Source: Octopus sinensis
Taxonomy: Eukaryota
Direction of reading: 5' to 3'
NCBI RefSeq assembly: GCF_006345805.1
Contig: NC_042997.1
Coordinates: 168,144,001-168,208,000 of the forward strand
DNA length: 64,000 nucleotides
The notes beneath the pieces are model-generated. The model worked only from the letters and a program-made list of their open reading frames with translations, had not been told where the DNA came from and made no database searches. The position numbers were made by a program, and so were the translations under genes. Positions 1-12,350 of the stretch are shown one piece after another; the stretch's first letter is position 1; each line of letters starts with the position of its first letter.

Positions 1-555
1 TATTCTTACTCTAGCAGTTACACTTTCAGCACACCCACCCCCGCTACTGACTTGGTCTCCTAGGTAGCGGAAGCTATCAACTACTTCTAGTTTGTCTCCC
101 TGGAACGTGGCAGAAGTTGGTCTCTGCATATTTCCAGTGTTTATTGCTCCTGAGCATTTGCCACAGACAAAAACTATTTTCCTAGTTAGCCTTCCTTTGA
201 CATTGCTGCACCTCTTATGTGTCCATAGCTTACACTTGGTGCATCTTATAGAGTTTCTACCTACACCTTTTTTACAGATCGAGCAGGGCCATCTACCTGA
301 AGGCGTTTGTGATTGATCTACCTTCCTACTTATTAGAACTTTGGTTTTGGCTAGGTTGATTCTAAGGCCCTTCGATTCTAATCCTTGTTTCCACACCTGG
401 AACTTCTCCTCCAGTTCTGATAGTGACTCAGCAATTAGAGCAAGGTCATCAGCATAGAGGAGCTCCCAGGGGCAACCTGTCTTGAATTCCTCCGTTATTG
501 CCTGGAGGACTATGATAAATAGGAGGGGACTGAGGACTGAACCTTGGTGGACCCC
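1..555 (-). mobile_element. RTE LINE fragment (RT region), 5'-truncated
   Basis: Closely similar to 27225-27775; encodes the WELLYADDLAL region on minus. Confidence 0.9.
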
Positions 556-2109
556 AATATATATATATATTGTATAGAGGGCATTATTACACATAAATGC
601 CTCACACTAAGCGGGACATAAGTCATTACTACCAAAATTTAACTAATCATACCTAATGCAGTTTTCGAAGCAAGACATTTAAAAAACTGAATTTAGTTCT
701 ATATCACCTGTGATTTCACAATTAACGCATCAAATATATATATATAAAGTAATGTAAATGATCAGGTACGCAAGGTAAGTGCCGAACCATTGCAGATTTC
801 TGATGCAACGGATATATAGTTGTGAAAGAGGACAGCAAACATTAAGGCATGGTAAACATCTCAAGTCACATACAATATTATTACTGGAAAAAAATTTTTC
901 CAATAAGAAAATTGTATATGACTTGAGATATTTGCTTTACCTTAATATTTATTTCCTCTTTCACAATTAATATAATAATATATATATATGAGAGAGATAA
1001 AGCGAAAGATATTATATGCAGAGTATAATGTCAACAGATCATTCAATATCTGTACTATATGTCCAGATACCATTTCAGTGATTTTCAGTATATATATGCA
1101 ATATATATACTAAGGAGTTTGAAAGACATAGATACCCAAAATAACCCTTACAAAATATGAGTTTATTCTACTGAGACCACTCCATCAAAAATATTCTGAC
1201 TCTTTCAGATGAACACTACATCAAGAACCAATGTGCATAAGTGCTGTAAAGTGATCTAATTCTACTTTGATTCAAGTTGTGCATTTTCATCATACAATGA
1301 AGATGTTAAAACACAAAACTGCCCCCAAGAATTAAGGCTTCAGAACCCTTTGAAACTAACCTCCTACATTTATAGATGTAATTTAAATTCTATACAAACA
1401 CCAATGCTTTCTAAAGTAGGTTTAAATACAAATTAGAGCAAATTAAAAAACTATTATGAAATAGAAAAGACAATACTCAAATGGCTATTCAAAAATAACA
1501 TTAAAGAAAATTATATAAAATTAAGTGCCAACACATAACAAACAATGAAGTGAAATGCATAGCAAAAACCCTCAGACAAGAGACTAAAGATATTAGCTAA
1601 TTGCCCAGAAGTTATAACAATTTACATAAACGCTAAATGCAGGCTAATCAACCAAGCGAAATTGAGCTACAATTACTTAGAAAGAAGATTTTGAACATTT
1701 GCATTAACATCAGGAAGGCCACTGACCTATGTCAGTGAAATAACTAGCAATGTCATTATCTATTTCAACAGTATCAGCAATAACTGTAATAAGGTTTACT
1801 TAATTCAACTTTTATCTCTCTTTTCTAAAATCCTACAATACAGTGCCCTAGATTTTGCTAAGAACCATATTACAATAGATAGCAGTAATAAAGATGTAAT
1901 AGTACATACTAGGCAAATCCTACTCAAAGATCTAACTCAGTAGGTTCCTTTATGCTTATATGGAAGAAGCTTACTAGGTAAGCTTTTTTGACCCTAGGGA
2001 GAGTTCTTATAAAAAAACAGGGTTTGTCTAGCATGCATTATTATGATATTGATATTGGTACTATCATATTGTATATTCTAATCTAGATTATAGTCTGATA
2101 TGGTAATTA

Positions 2110-2946
2110 CTGGGTTGAGGAATAATTCATGAGCATTTTTTTCCAAGTGTAAAAATGCAGGCAGAAATAAAGCACATTGTTATTTGAAAGGGAATTTTTT
2201 GCTCAACAAGATAGTGTGTTTTGATTTTTCAATTTTATTTATTTTTGCGTATTTTCAGATCATTAAAATGGAATGTCAAGTGGACAGAAATGAGCATTTT
2301 CGACACCATTTGCTTATTGTATTTAATCAAGGTGTTAAGCTCGCCAAAGCTGCTCATGAGATTTGTGCTGTGTACCACCCACCATAGGTTTAGCACTTCA
2401 AAAATGGGAATTTTGACCTCAAGGACAGATCACACACCAGTCGACCAATTGAGTTCAATGAACCTTGCCCATTGAGTGAAGGTGGTTCACCATAGTTTTT
2501 TTATCACAATCCATCAGCCCTGCCAATTCTCGGGTCATCTGGATTTTTGTGAAGAAGTTGATTCAATCGCTCTTCATTGAATTTAATTGGTCGAGCAGTG
2601 TGTGATCCATCCTTGGGGTCAAAATCCCATTTTTGAAGCACAAAAACCAATGGTAGGTGATACTTTGAGGCATTGCTACTTCTCCATAAACAGCACAAAG
2701 CTCATGAGCAGCTTCGATGGGCTTAACACTTCCATTAAATGCAAAAAGCAAATAGTGTCAAAAATGCTCAGTTTTGTCCACTTGATACTCCATTTTAGTG
2801 ATCTGAAAATACACAAAAATCGAAACACACTCTCTTGTAGAGCAAAACATCATCTTTCAAATGACAAAACATTTTGCTAATGCATTTTATTTCTGCATGT
2901 ATTTTTAAATATGAAAAAAATGCACATGAATTATTCCTCAACCCAA
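2110..2946. mobile_element. Palindromic mariner derivative made of two inverted 5' ends
   Basis: TA flanks at 2108-2109 and 2947-2948; TIR (c/t)TGGGTTGAGGAATAATTCAT at both ends; both arms encode a mariner N-terminal HTH (EHFRHHLL..FN.G....AAHEICAVYG..WF..FKNG.FD). Confidence 0.85.
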
Positions 2947-3216
2947 TATTTTTCCTTTCCCTATAATTTTCATTGATTTTTTTAAAATATTTTATTGAAA
3001 ATTTTAAAATTCTTTTGTTCATCCATTTAAACCATTCATATAATTATTTGCATAATTTTTCTTCATATAATTTTTTGCTAACATTCTTCTAAATTGTAAA
3101 ATTTTTGCTTGTTCTGACATTTGTGCCTTATGTTGTTTTATTTTTCACAAACATCCCATTTTTCACTTTGGTTCTATGTTTTTGCCATGGTAACTGAAAG
3201 GCATAACATATATATA

Positions 3217-3441
3217 CAGTAATCCCTCGCCATATCATGGTTCACCTATCGCAGTTTATCATTTAAGCTTATGTCGATTCCTCTGTGATGTTGTTTTGTA
3301 TTTATAATAAAATAAATATATACAAATTATAAAACTAATTAAAATATACATATATACAGTACAGTGCTGTTTCTACTTTGTGGATTTTAATCTATTGGAG
3401 GGGATTTTGGAATGTATTCCACGATAGTCGAGGAATAACTG
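3217..3441. mobile_element. Tigger/pogo-type MITE
   Basis: ta-CAGTAATCCCTCG at the left end and CGAGGAATAACTG at the right end form imperfect TIRs; about 225 bp. Confidence 0.6.
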
Positions 3442-3922
3442 TTTATTGAAATGGAGTAGTTACAGTGAAGCATTTTGTGATATTACATTAAAGAGACTTG
3501 TTGAGTAAGGCCAGAACAATGTGAGATGTAAAATAAATTACAAAAAGAAAACAACAAAACAAGGCTGTGGTTTTACCTTATATTCCTAGACATGTAGAAA
3601 AGTGAGGGATGGTAAAAGATCATTGCTCTGAGGTGTGGGGAGCAAGGGGACATGAGGAGACAGCTTACAATAGCAACACCAGTAAACAGCATCCTTGCTA
3701 AACATGGTTGCCCACCCTTGTTTGTGCACATAGGCTACATGTTGTGTTCTTGAGCAAGACACTGTATTTCACACCCTTGGATAACATCGGTGGCGTGGAG
3801 AGGGGAGGCTGGTATGCATGGACAACTGCTGGTCTTTCATAAACAACCTTGCCCGAACTTGAGACTGGGAGCGTAATTTTCTAGGTGCAATCCTATGGCC
3901 AGTCATGACCGAAGGGGGTCTC

Positions 3923-4224
3923 AGCCTTGAATCAAATTCGGAATCTTGGGGTTAGTAGCCTGCATTCTTAACCACAAGATTCTGAGTTCGATTTCAGGCA
4001 GTGATCTGAATAATAATAATAATAATAATAATGAGGAGAAGGAGGAGGAGGAGGGTGGACGGTGGCAGCGGTGATGATGAAAAATACCTTAGAGATGAGA
4101 ACCCAGGTTTGAAATTTTCCCAAGACACCTGATGAAGGCTGGAGGGTATATCAGCCGAAACATTGTGTTAACAACAAACAAGATGAGGACAAATAGCTGT
4201 CAAATGTAAATAATGTAAATAATG
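3923..4224 (+). mobile_element. Penelope-type terminal repeat copy with an inverted 5' piece
   Basis: 3971-4224 matches 33433-33628; 3923-3975 is the reverse complement of the same tRNA-like head. Confidence 0.75.
4124..4169 (+). ncRNA. Minimal type-I hammerhead ribozyme motif (Penelope-type), probably degenerate
   Basis: Stem I ACAC/GTGT; core CTGATGA (4129-4135); extra A; stem II GGCTG/CAGCC with 10-nt loop; GAA-ACAT-T, where the usual palindromic ACGT reads ACAT. Confidence 0.75.
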
Positions 4225-4865
4225 AAGATAATTCCAACATGTAAGCAAGCATAAATCAATTCTCAAAGGCCTACAACAACCTTGGCCTTGCTATTAAGCA
4301 TTGCAGAACAGAAGTCCTGCATGAACCTAACCCAGCCTATACAGTGTTTACTTCCTGGAAGAAAATTTGAACTGAGCTGAAAAATGTAAACAACTTTAAA
4401 TATCATGGAAGTTGCTGTCTTCAAATACCTGTGGTGATGAGAAAGAATCATCATATATTGGCAACACTAGTGGAGCTTTAAAAAACTGTGGTTTAGTGGT
4501 GTTCACAATGAAACTAAAATTAAAGCTAACAATACTGCCATCCTTCTGACTTTTCTCTAAGGTGCTGAAATTTGGACAGCATACTATTCTCATACTAAAA
4601 AGCTCAACTATCTCCACCGGTCTTGCTTAACTCTTTAGCACTCAATCTTGCCATATCCATCACAAATATACTACTAGTTTTATGTTAAAACTGATCAAAT
4701 CCAATTTCTCATACCTACCCTACAATGTCATTCTAAAAATATACAAATACATCACTGAAATCTTGAAACTACAAGAAAATGCATGACCAATTCAAAAGAT
4801 TGTAAATATATAACCAATACATTTGACGAATAAATCTGAATGTTTTTTTGTAAATTCCAACTTTA

Positions 4866-4902
<37 letters not shown>

Positions 4903-4906
<4 letters not shown>

Positions 4907-5815
4907 AGGCTTGGAAGGACGGTGGTAGCAGGGAATTACATCAGACTGCCAGAAGGAAAGCTAGGAGAGAGGTTTATTTAACCAGAGAGGAAGCAGATAA
5001 GAATAAATTTGCCAATGGTCTGCGCCGTAAGGACCAAAGACATGAGGTCTTTCGTGTTGCAAGACAGTGTGTGAGAGAGAATCGTGATGTTGTAGGAGAG
5101 AAATGTGTCCGCATGGATGATGGTTCTCTTGCACTAAATGAAGCAGCAAAGAGAGAGGTTTGGAGACGCCACTATGGAAGGTTGCTCAATAAAGAAAATG
5201 AATGGGAGAAAGCGAGTCTGCCAAATGTCGACCCAACAGAGGGACCAGCTATCCGAGTTGACAGTACCTTGGTAGATAAAGCAATTAAAAGTATGAAGAC
5301 AGGGAAAGACCCAGGCCCATCAATCAAGAATCACTGCAGAGATGCTCAAAATATCTGGTAGTGTCAGCTATAGCCTAGTCACCCGTATAGTTAACCAGGT
5401 GATAGCAGCATAATAGTCAACTGCTACAAAGGTAAAGGAGACGCCCTAGATACAAATAATTACAGAGGTATCAAGTTGTTGGATCAGGTAATGAAGGTCA
5501 CGGAGAGGGTCATAGCCCAACTAATTAGGGAGAGAGTCAGTTTAGATGAGATGCAGTTTGGGTTCGTACTAGGGAAAAGCACCACTGATGCTATATTTGT
5601 GGTAATACAGCTGCAGGAGAAATACCTAGCCAAAGATAAAACTATACCTGGCTTTCGTTGACATGGAGAAAGCCTTTGACACAGTACCCCGATCCCTTAT
5701 CTGGTGGTCAATGAGGAAACTAGGGATAGATGAATGGTTAATGAGAGCTGTGCAAGCCATGTACAGGGACGCTGTCAGTAAGGTGAGGGTTGGCAACGAA
5801 TACAGTGAGGACTTT
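4903..5815 (+). mobile_element. RTE LINE fragment (linker and RT N-terminus), disrupted
   Basis: NYRGIKLLDQVMKV..ERVSLDEMQFGF..STTDAIF; homologous to 27800-28715; frameshifts and an internal deletion. Confidence 0.9.
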
Positions 5816-6324
5816 CAGACAATGAATATTTAAATATAGATACATAGATATTTATATATTATTAGATCAAACTTAGACAGAGTGCAAATGACAGAGAAAA
5901 TTAAAGGGGAGATATCCTTTCACCAACACTCCCCACACCCCCAACAAACCTCTTAATCCCTCCCTCCAATACTGCTAGCTCTCAACATTTAAGCATTGCA
6001 CCTTTAAATTTCTCTGCATCATGGTCTGAAATACAAGATGTTTTTCTACCTTGATGACAGAGGCTCAATTTATCCATTATTGGCTGCATACTTGGATGAA
6101 CTATATCCATCAGCATTATGATGGATCTCCAAGCCCCAAAAACAGTTGTTGGACATATAAAACCTCCCTTTAATTTTCTTAGTCATTTGTACCCTGTGTA
6201 TGTTTGATCCATTCATATAAAAATACTTATATATTTATACTTACATATTCATTGCCTAAATATCTTCAGTTTTTGCTTTCATTCTGTTTGCATGTTTATA
6301 TATATATATATATATATAAAGTTA

Positions 6325-6503
6325 ATCCAAACAAGAAAGCACAAAAAAACACAACAACGCGAGGACGTGGAACAAATATATTATTATTGGATGCTCAGGA
6401 AAGAAGGAAAGGAGGGTTTAACATTTCGAGCGGAGCTCTTCGTCGGAAACATAGGAGAAGGAAAGACAGAGGAAACGTTGCCAACGGTACACACGAGGTC
6501 ACA

Positions 6504-6505
<2 letters not shown>
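6325..6505 (-). mobile_element. Short Penelope-like terminal repeat within a (TA)n tract
   Basis: CpG-rich ~180 bp insert flanked by (TA)n on both sides and carrying a hammerhead motif. Confidence 0.5.
6416..6450 (-). ncRNA. Minimal hammerhead motif with variant core (CCGACGA)
   Basis: Minus strand gttt-CCGACGA-a-GAGC-tcc-GCTC-GAA-ATGT-T-aaac: stem I GTTT/AAAC, stem II GAGC/GCTC. Confidence 0.6.
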
Positions 6506-6538
<33 letters not shown>

Positions 6539-7849
6539 TTGTATATCAAACCCAAGCTGTTATTTTTAATTTGTTTATCCACATAATTGCATATATATAT
6601 ATAGGAGAAGTTGAAAGACAGATAGTGAGTGAGAAACAGACGCTGATGTTTCATATCCTATGTATGTTCTATAGTTGAAAGTGAAAGAACGCCAGCACAA
6701 AATTGATACTGTATGTCCTACAGGTGAAAGTGAAAGAAAGCCAGCACAAAGAGAGGGGGAAACCAGAAGAGAAGGGGAAGCTGAGAACCCCAGAAATGAG
6801 GTTGTGTTGTACAATTTTAAGGTCATCTTCACTTTCGTCCCATTTTTCACGCATGCATAGAATTAAGCATTATCTTTCTCTTTTAATTTCTCATTATAAT
6901 GTACAGAGACCTTTTGCAGTTAACATATTACAACTTCACTACATTTCCTTCTTTTGGAATTAAGAAAGGTATGCAAAAATAACTTCCTTTCACACACACA
7001 CACAGAGTTAAAGTTCTGCATGAATTATGTTATTTTTTGCTGTGCACTAAATTACAGCTCAAATCCTACGGAAATTACCTTTTCCTATTCTGTCATTCTT
7101 GTTTGTGATGAGCGTATTTCAAAACATGATCTTCCATTTAAATTTACAAGGAAGTTATCTCAGAAATCCTGTCCTTTACCTGTTGTTTCTACCATGTCCA
7201 AGATGACATTTGCATCCCCACCTCCACTTATTTCTTTCCTCAATTTACTTACATTCTTATGTTTTCCATACAGGAGATTTGCATTTTGCTTGAAAGTGAG
7301 TAGCTGATGGGTTGCCGAGTGGGAGTATTCAGTATTTGTTTCAGAAAAATTAAATTTTCAAAAACAAATTACATTTCCCACATTCATAATCTCTGTATTT
7401 TCCCACATGCATAAAAAGCAAAATTTGAAAAACAGTTAAAAATTAGGAAAATTTGGCGGGGAGAGGGGAAATTATAATTTTGAAAACATGATTTCTGGGA
7501 AAAATCATATTAACCCCTTTTTGTTCCATGAAATATTACATAGTGTGTGATCCTTCTTAAGAACATAAATCACTTTCATGCAAATTGTACACCCACTTCT
7601 GGACAAACAATAACTTCCATTACACCAGTAATCCATTCCACTATATATCAGCTAACAGAATGCATTACACTTATCAAGACAGAACATAGCCAAATCATTC
7701 ACAGTTTACCACTTCTCATAATAACAGTATACAAATTGCCATGAATTTTTCCACATCTTTTCATTCATTACTAAAAAATCAAATTAGACAATGCACAAAT
7801 TCAAATTGCTATGTCTTGCATCTTATATATTCCTTAATCATTTACTCTT

Positions 7850-9436
7850 TTCAGCCATGCCACCAAAACAAAGAAATTCTCAGTTATCTCCACAAACAAG
7901 GGCCGCAAAGAAAACTGCCTCTATTGGTACTCAAGAAAACTCACTTCAGTGATGCCCAAATGTGTAATATTTCAAAACGATCACCAATGGCGGAAGTTCT
8001 GCTCTAAACCACACTTATTGTCTGGGATGAATGCACGATGGCACACCATGGTGCACTAGAAGCCCTACATAGGTCACTAAGGGATATTAGAAACAATACT
8101 GCTGTTATGGGGGAGGAGCTTAACTGTTCTCCTTGCAGGGAATTTCCATCAAATATTACCAGTCATGCCATGGGGTATGCGAGCTGATGACATCTATGTG
8201 TGTCTGAAGTTTTTACCTCTGTGGAGCTTTGTTTGTCAGCTTTCATTAAGCAACAATGTGCGAGTTCATCTCTACAACGATCCCTTAGCTGAGAAATTCT
8301 TTCATTAACTTCTACAAATTGGAAATGGCGTCTTACCGTTGAATAACACCCCGCAACAGCATGTACTGCAATGTGGGCACATGGTGTCTAGATTGGCTGA
8401 GCTTAAAGAAAAGGTATTTCCCACATTGCAAAACAACTTCAAAAACATAGCATGGTTCGCAGAGAGAGCTATTTTAGCAACTCAGAATGAAAGCGTTGAT
8501 AAAGTAATCCATAAACTCCTGCACATTCTACCTGGAGATGCTTCAACATTTTTTTTCCCATAGATACTACCATCAACACACATGCCACTGTTGAGTATCC
8601 AGTTGAATTTCTCGACTCTCTACAACCCACAGGACTGTTACATTAGTTGTTCCTAAAGAAAGGTGCATCTATCATGCTCTTGAGGAATTTCAACACACCA
8701 CGACTATACATGGTACAAGGTTGACTGCAACTATAATGACATGTCATGTCCTACAAGCAACCATTATTGCCGGATGTCATCAAGGAGACATCGCATACAT
8801 CCCACACATGCCCCTTATTCCATCAAAAGTGTAATTTCAATTCAAACTCCTCTAGTTCCCAGTGCGATTGTGCTTTGCTATGACAATCAACAAAGCTCAG
8901 GGTCAAACTTTAAAAATTGTGGGTCTCAATTTACAAATACCCTGCTTTTCTAATGGACAACTATACGTCACATGTTCTCGAGTTAGGAGTGCAAGTGACT
9001 TGTATATTTATTCTATCAACACTTGGCTTACACAAAACATAGTTTATCCAGAAGCATTGTCGGTCTCACTTAACATACGTCGAAGTGTGTAGTCTGCCCA
9101 AATATTATAGAGATGATGCTTTTCACAATGAAGCAGCTTTCTTTCAATGTACCTTACTTTCTGCAATATGGATACCTCTACATCCTCATATGTCATCCGG
9201 TTCTCTACATCCATAAGTCTAGGTCATTTTGGAGGCAATGTTAGGATGTCATTCTACATGTTTTTGGTGTTAACAATTTCAGCATTGTTCTTCACAAAAT
9301 GACCAAAAAACATGTTTATAAAGAAGAGTTGTTTGCTTCACACTCTTCGTATGCCAATTCTGCCCATAAGAAAGAAACGAATAATACAATGTGGCTGTAG
9401 GTCATAACACCCAGGCAACACCAAGATGCATTACTA

Positions 9437-9437
<1 letters not shown>
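7850..9437 (+). mobile_element. Helitron remnant: PIF1-like helicase pseudogene with 3' terminus
   Basis: LIVWDECTMAH..ALEAL.RSLRDIR, VLLAGNF.QILPV and RLCFAMTINKAQGQTL..GQLYV..SRV motifs; ends with a degenerate CCCGGGCAACGCCGGG-like hairpin (9410-9426) and CTAG|T at 9434-9438. Confidence 0.85.
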
Positions 9438-9471
<34 letters not shown>

Positions 9472-11199
9472 CTCTCTCTCTCCCTACATGAGAGAAAGCA
9501 TTGTCACTAGTACTAGTAACACAAATGCACCCAAACCATGCTGTAAAGTGGAGAGTAAAAAGAGGACACCTTTCCATAGAATCCATGCAAAAGAGAAAGA
9601 AATACATAGTAAAGATATTCATTTTGTAAGTCACAGTTGATGCAATCTGTCTAGAACAGTGACTCCTAAAAATTGCATCAAAACAGAGAGGGCTTTTAGT
9701 CCTAGGAGATAAGCTTTCTATTCTTGGTGAAATAATAAAATGTGCTTAGTCCATGTAAAGTGGTTGGTGATAGAAAGGGTATCCATACAAAAAAAAATCA
9801 CAACAAATACTGGTAGTTTTCTCAGTTGGAATGTGAATCAGATGCAACAAATAGTTCAACAGCTTTGCATAACCAATGCCAGCAGGTAAAAGCAAAAACA
9901 AATTGATAATGCTTATGGTATAGTAAAGCACTGTATAATACTAAATATGAACACTTTTAAGATTGAACAAATGTGAAAAAATATAAGAAAATTATTATTT
10001 GAAGAGTTAAAAACAAGCAAAGTATAAATGAAATGCTTAAAGGATTTATAAATTTGTCAAATTTGAGCAAACTGAAGCAAATTTTCTTCAGAAATAATGA
10101 TATATGGAAAAAGAATCTTGTAAACACACAAAAACAATTAGATTCATTTTCTTTTATTTCTTTATCATATCATAAAGTGTCAAAATGTTCTGTTGCACTT
10201 CTGTAAGCTAGAACACCTACGCAGTTCCACTGCATCTCAAAATGGATAAACATGACTCTTCTATGAAGTAATTGGTTCATTTTTCAACATATTTCAGATC
10301 AAATCCCTTGCAAAGCAAGTATAACTTTGAAACATAATATGATGACTATGAAGAATTAGAAACATATTGCTAAGTTTTAACTATTGCTCAGTTTCTTCAC
10401 ATTGAAAAGTATAGTAATCTTTTCAATTTCCATGGTAACAAAACGTGCCTTATTACAAAACATGAGGCACTTATGGTTCATTAGCCTTTAATATATATTT
10501 CGTATATATTTACATAGGTCTTTTATATATACATATTTAAAATAGATTAGTAAAGTAAAGCATATTTCATGAAATAAAATATGACTAAATCAAATATTTC
10601 AAATATATACATTTTGTCAGGTGCAAGCATGGTTAGCTAGGTGCAGGTATGATTATGTGGTTAAGAAGTTTGCTTCTCAACCATACAGTTTTGGGAACAG
10701 TCCTACAGCATGACATCTTGGGCAAGTATCTTCAATATTTCCTGCTTGACTGAAGCCTGTTGAGTAGTGATAGAAACTGAAAGAAGCCCATTATTTGTGT
10801 ATGCATGCATGGTTTGTCTTGCATTCACATTATGCTTGTAAATTAACATCACCGTTGTCCATTCAGGGAAATATTGCAGAGAAACAAAACAAGCATAAAC
10901 TGTCACTCTTTGATATAAACATATCTTTCCACTCTCCTCCAAGAATAGAGTTCTTTATATACAATGTTTGCACATATACCAATATATGTTTTACAACTTT
11001 TATGTTTTATACATATATATATATCATGATGATGCCTTTTGTTATATATTATAATTAATACCTCCTGCCTACCCTGAATATTTATTTACAGTGTATGTCT
11101 GATACATTCATGTAAAGTGGAAGGTTTGCAAATAAATCTAAATGAGAGTAAAATATATCCATCCTATCAATGAGAGAGGAAGCAAAGCAGATGCTGAAA

Positions 11200-11800
11200 T
11201 CTACAGCCTTATCTCTATGACCTCGAATATCAGCAACATCACGGAATGAATTAACTGATTATGTTTCTAGAGGAAAATGACTTACTCATTGATACACAAC
11301 ATGGTTTTCTACCCAGACTGAATCTGTCACACAGCTGCTGCAATTTTATGACTTAAGCTAAAACTGCTGCTCACTTAGTCAAACATATAAGTGATATACC
11401 TGAACTTCGCAAAAGATTTCATTAAAGTTTGTCACAAGCTACAGTTATCTCAGTAGAGTAAGGTTGTAAGAGTTTTCTAAACAATAAAATATAAAATTGT
11501 TGCCCTTTCCAAAGTATTAACAATCCAAAATGAGGTGTGGCAGGAAACAGTGCACTAATTGTGATAGTTCTATAAGATACATCCCTGGTTAGAGTATAAC
11601 CACTTCTGATCCTTTGCTGATGAAAATAAGAGAAAGTAATAAAGAGCACTCCTGATATTAAACACCTCAAAAACAACTTGCAATGGGATCAAGGCAATGT
11701 AATACTTTGAACAGCAAAAAGATAATGAACCAATCTTTAAATGTATCTTCCATTATTTCTTGCAACAATTATTTAAAATGCGCTGAACTATCACAAAGGT
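11200..11800 (+). mobile_element. CR1/L2-like LINE RT remnant
   Basis: ENDLLIDTQHGFL..SVTQLLQFYD..IYLNFAK-like motifs, heavily degenerate. Confidence 0.55.
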
Positions 11801-12129
11801 TAAACCTCATAATCTCTGATGAAGTTTTTTAACAACTCTACAAACATAACACAGTTACAAATATATCTTAAACACTAGCATTCTTACTCAAGACCAAAAT
11901 ATACAGATTATATATACACACACACACACACAATATACATACATGTATATATATATATATATAAATAGATGTGTGCATTTTTCCCTTGTTAACAACACGG
12001 AAAAAATAGTTAAATAGTTACCAAGGTAGTAAAAGAAATTACACAATTAAAAAATTGTAATTCCTTGTTTTTATATATGTGTGTGTGTGTGTGTATACAT
12101 ATATATATATGTATGTATGTAATAGTTAA

Positions 12130-12350
12130 CCCTTTTGTTACCAATCCGGCTGAAACTGGCTCTGGCTCTTTAGTATAAATGTCTTGTATTCATAAGTTTT
12201 GAATTCAAATCTTCCACCAAATTTTAGTCACAATTTATGTTCCTAACACTAGCTCAATGATAACCATGTTATTTTACTAAATTCTTCGTTATATTTAAAA
12301 TAATTGGAAGAAACACAGAGCATCTCAAAACAAATACAGTAATGAAAGGG
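12130..12350. mobile_element. piggyBac-type MITE family 1 (second copy 44080-44299)
   Basis: TTAA|CCCTTT...AAAGGG|TTAA ends; two similar ~220 bp copies in the window. Confidence 0.8.

Noticed and set aside
7272-7293. Plus-strand 22-nt micro-exon with good splice sites
   Set aside because: Isolated; no partner exons or promoter found on +.
9490-9550. FTAWF....VTST resemblance to TMEM258 on minus
   Set aside because: Flanking residues do not align; probably chance.
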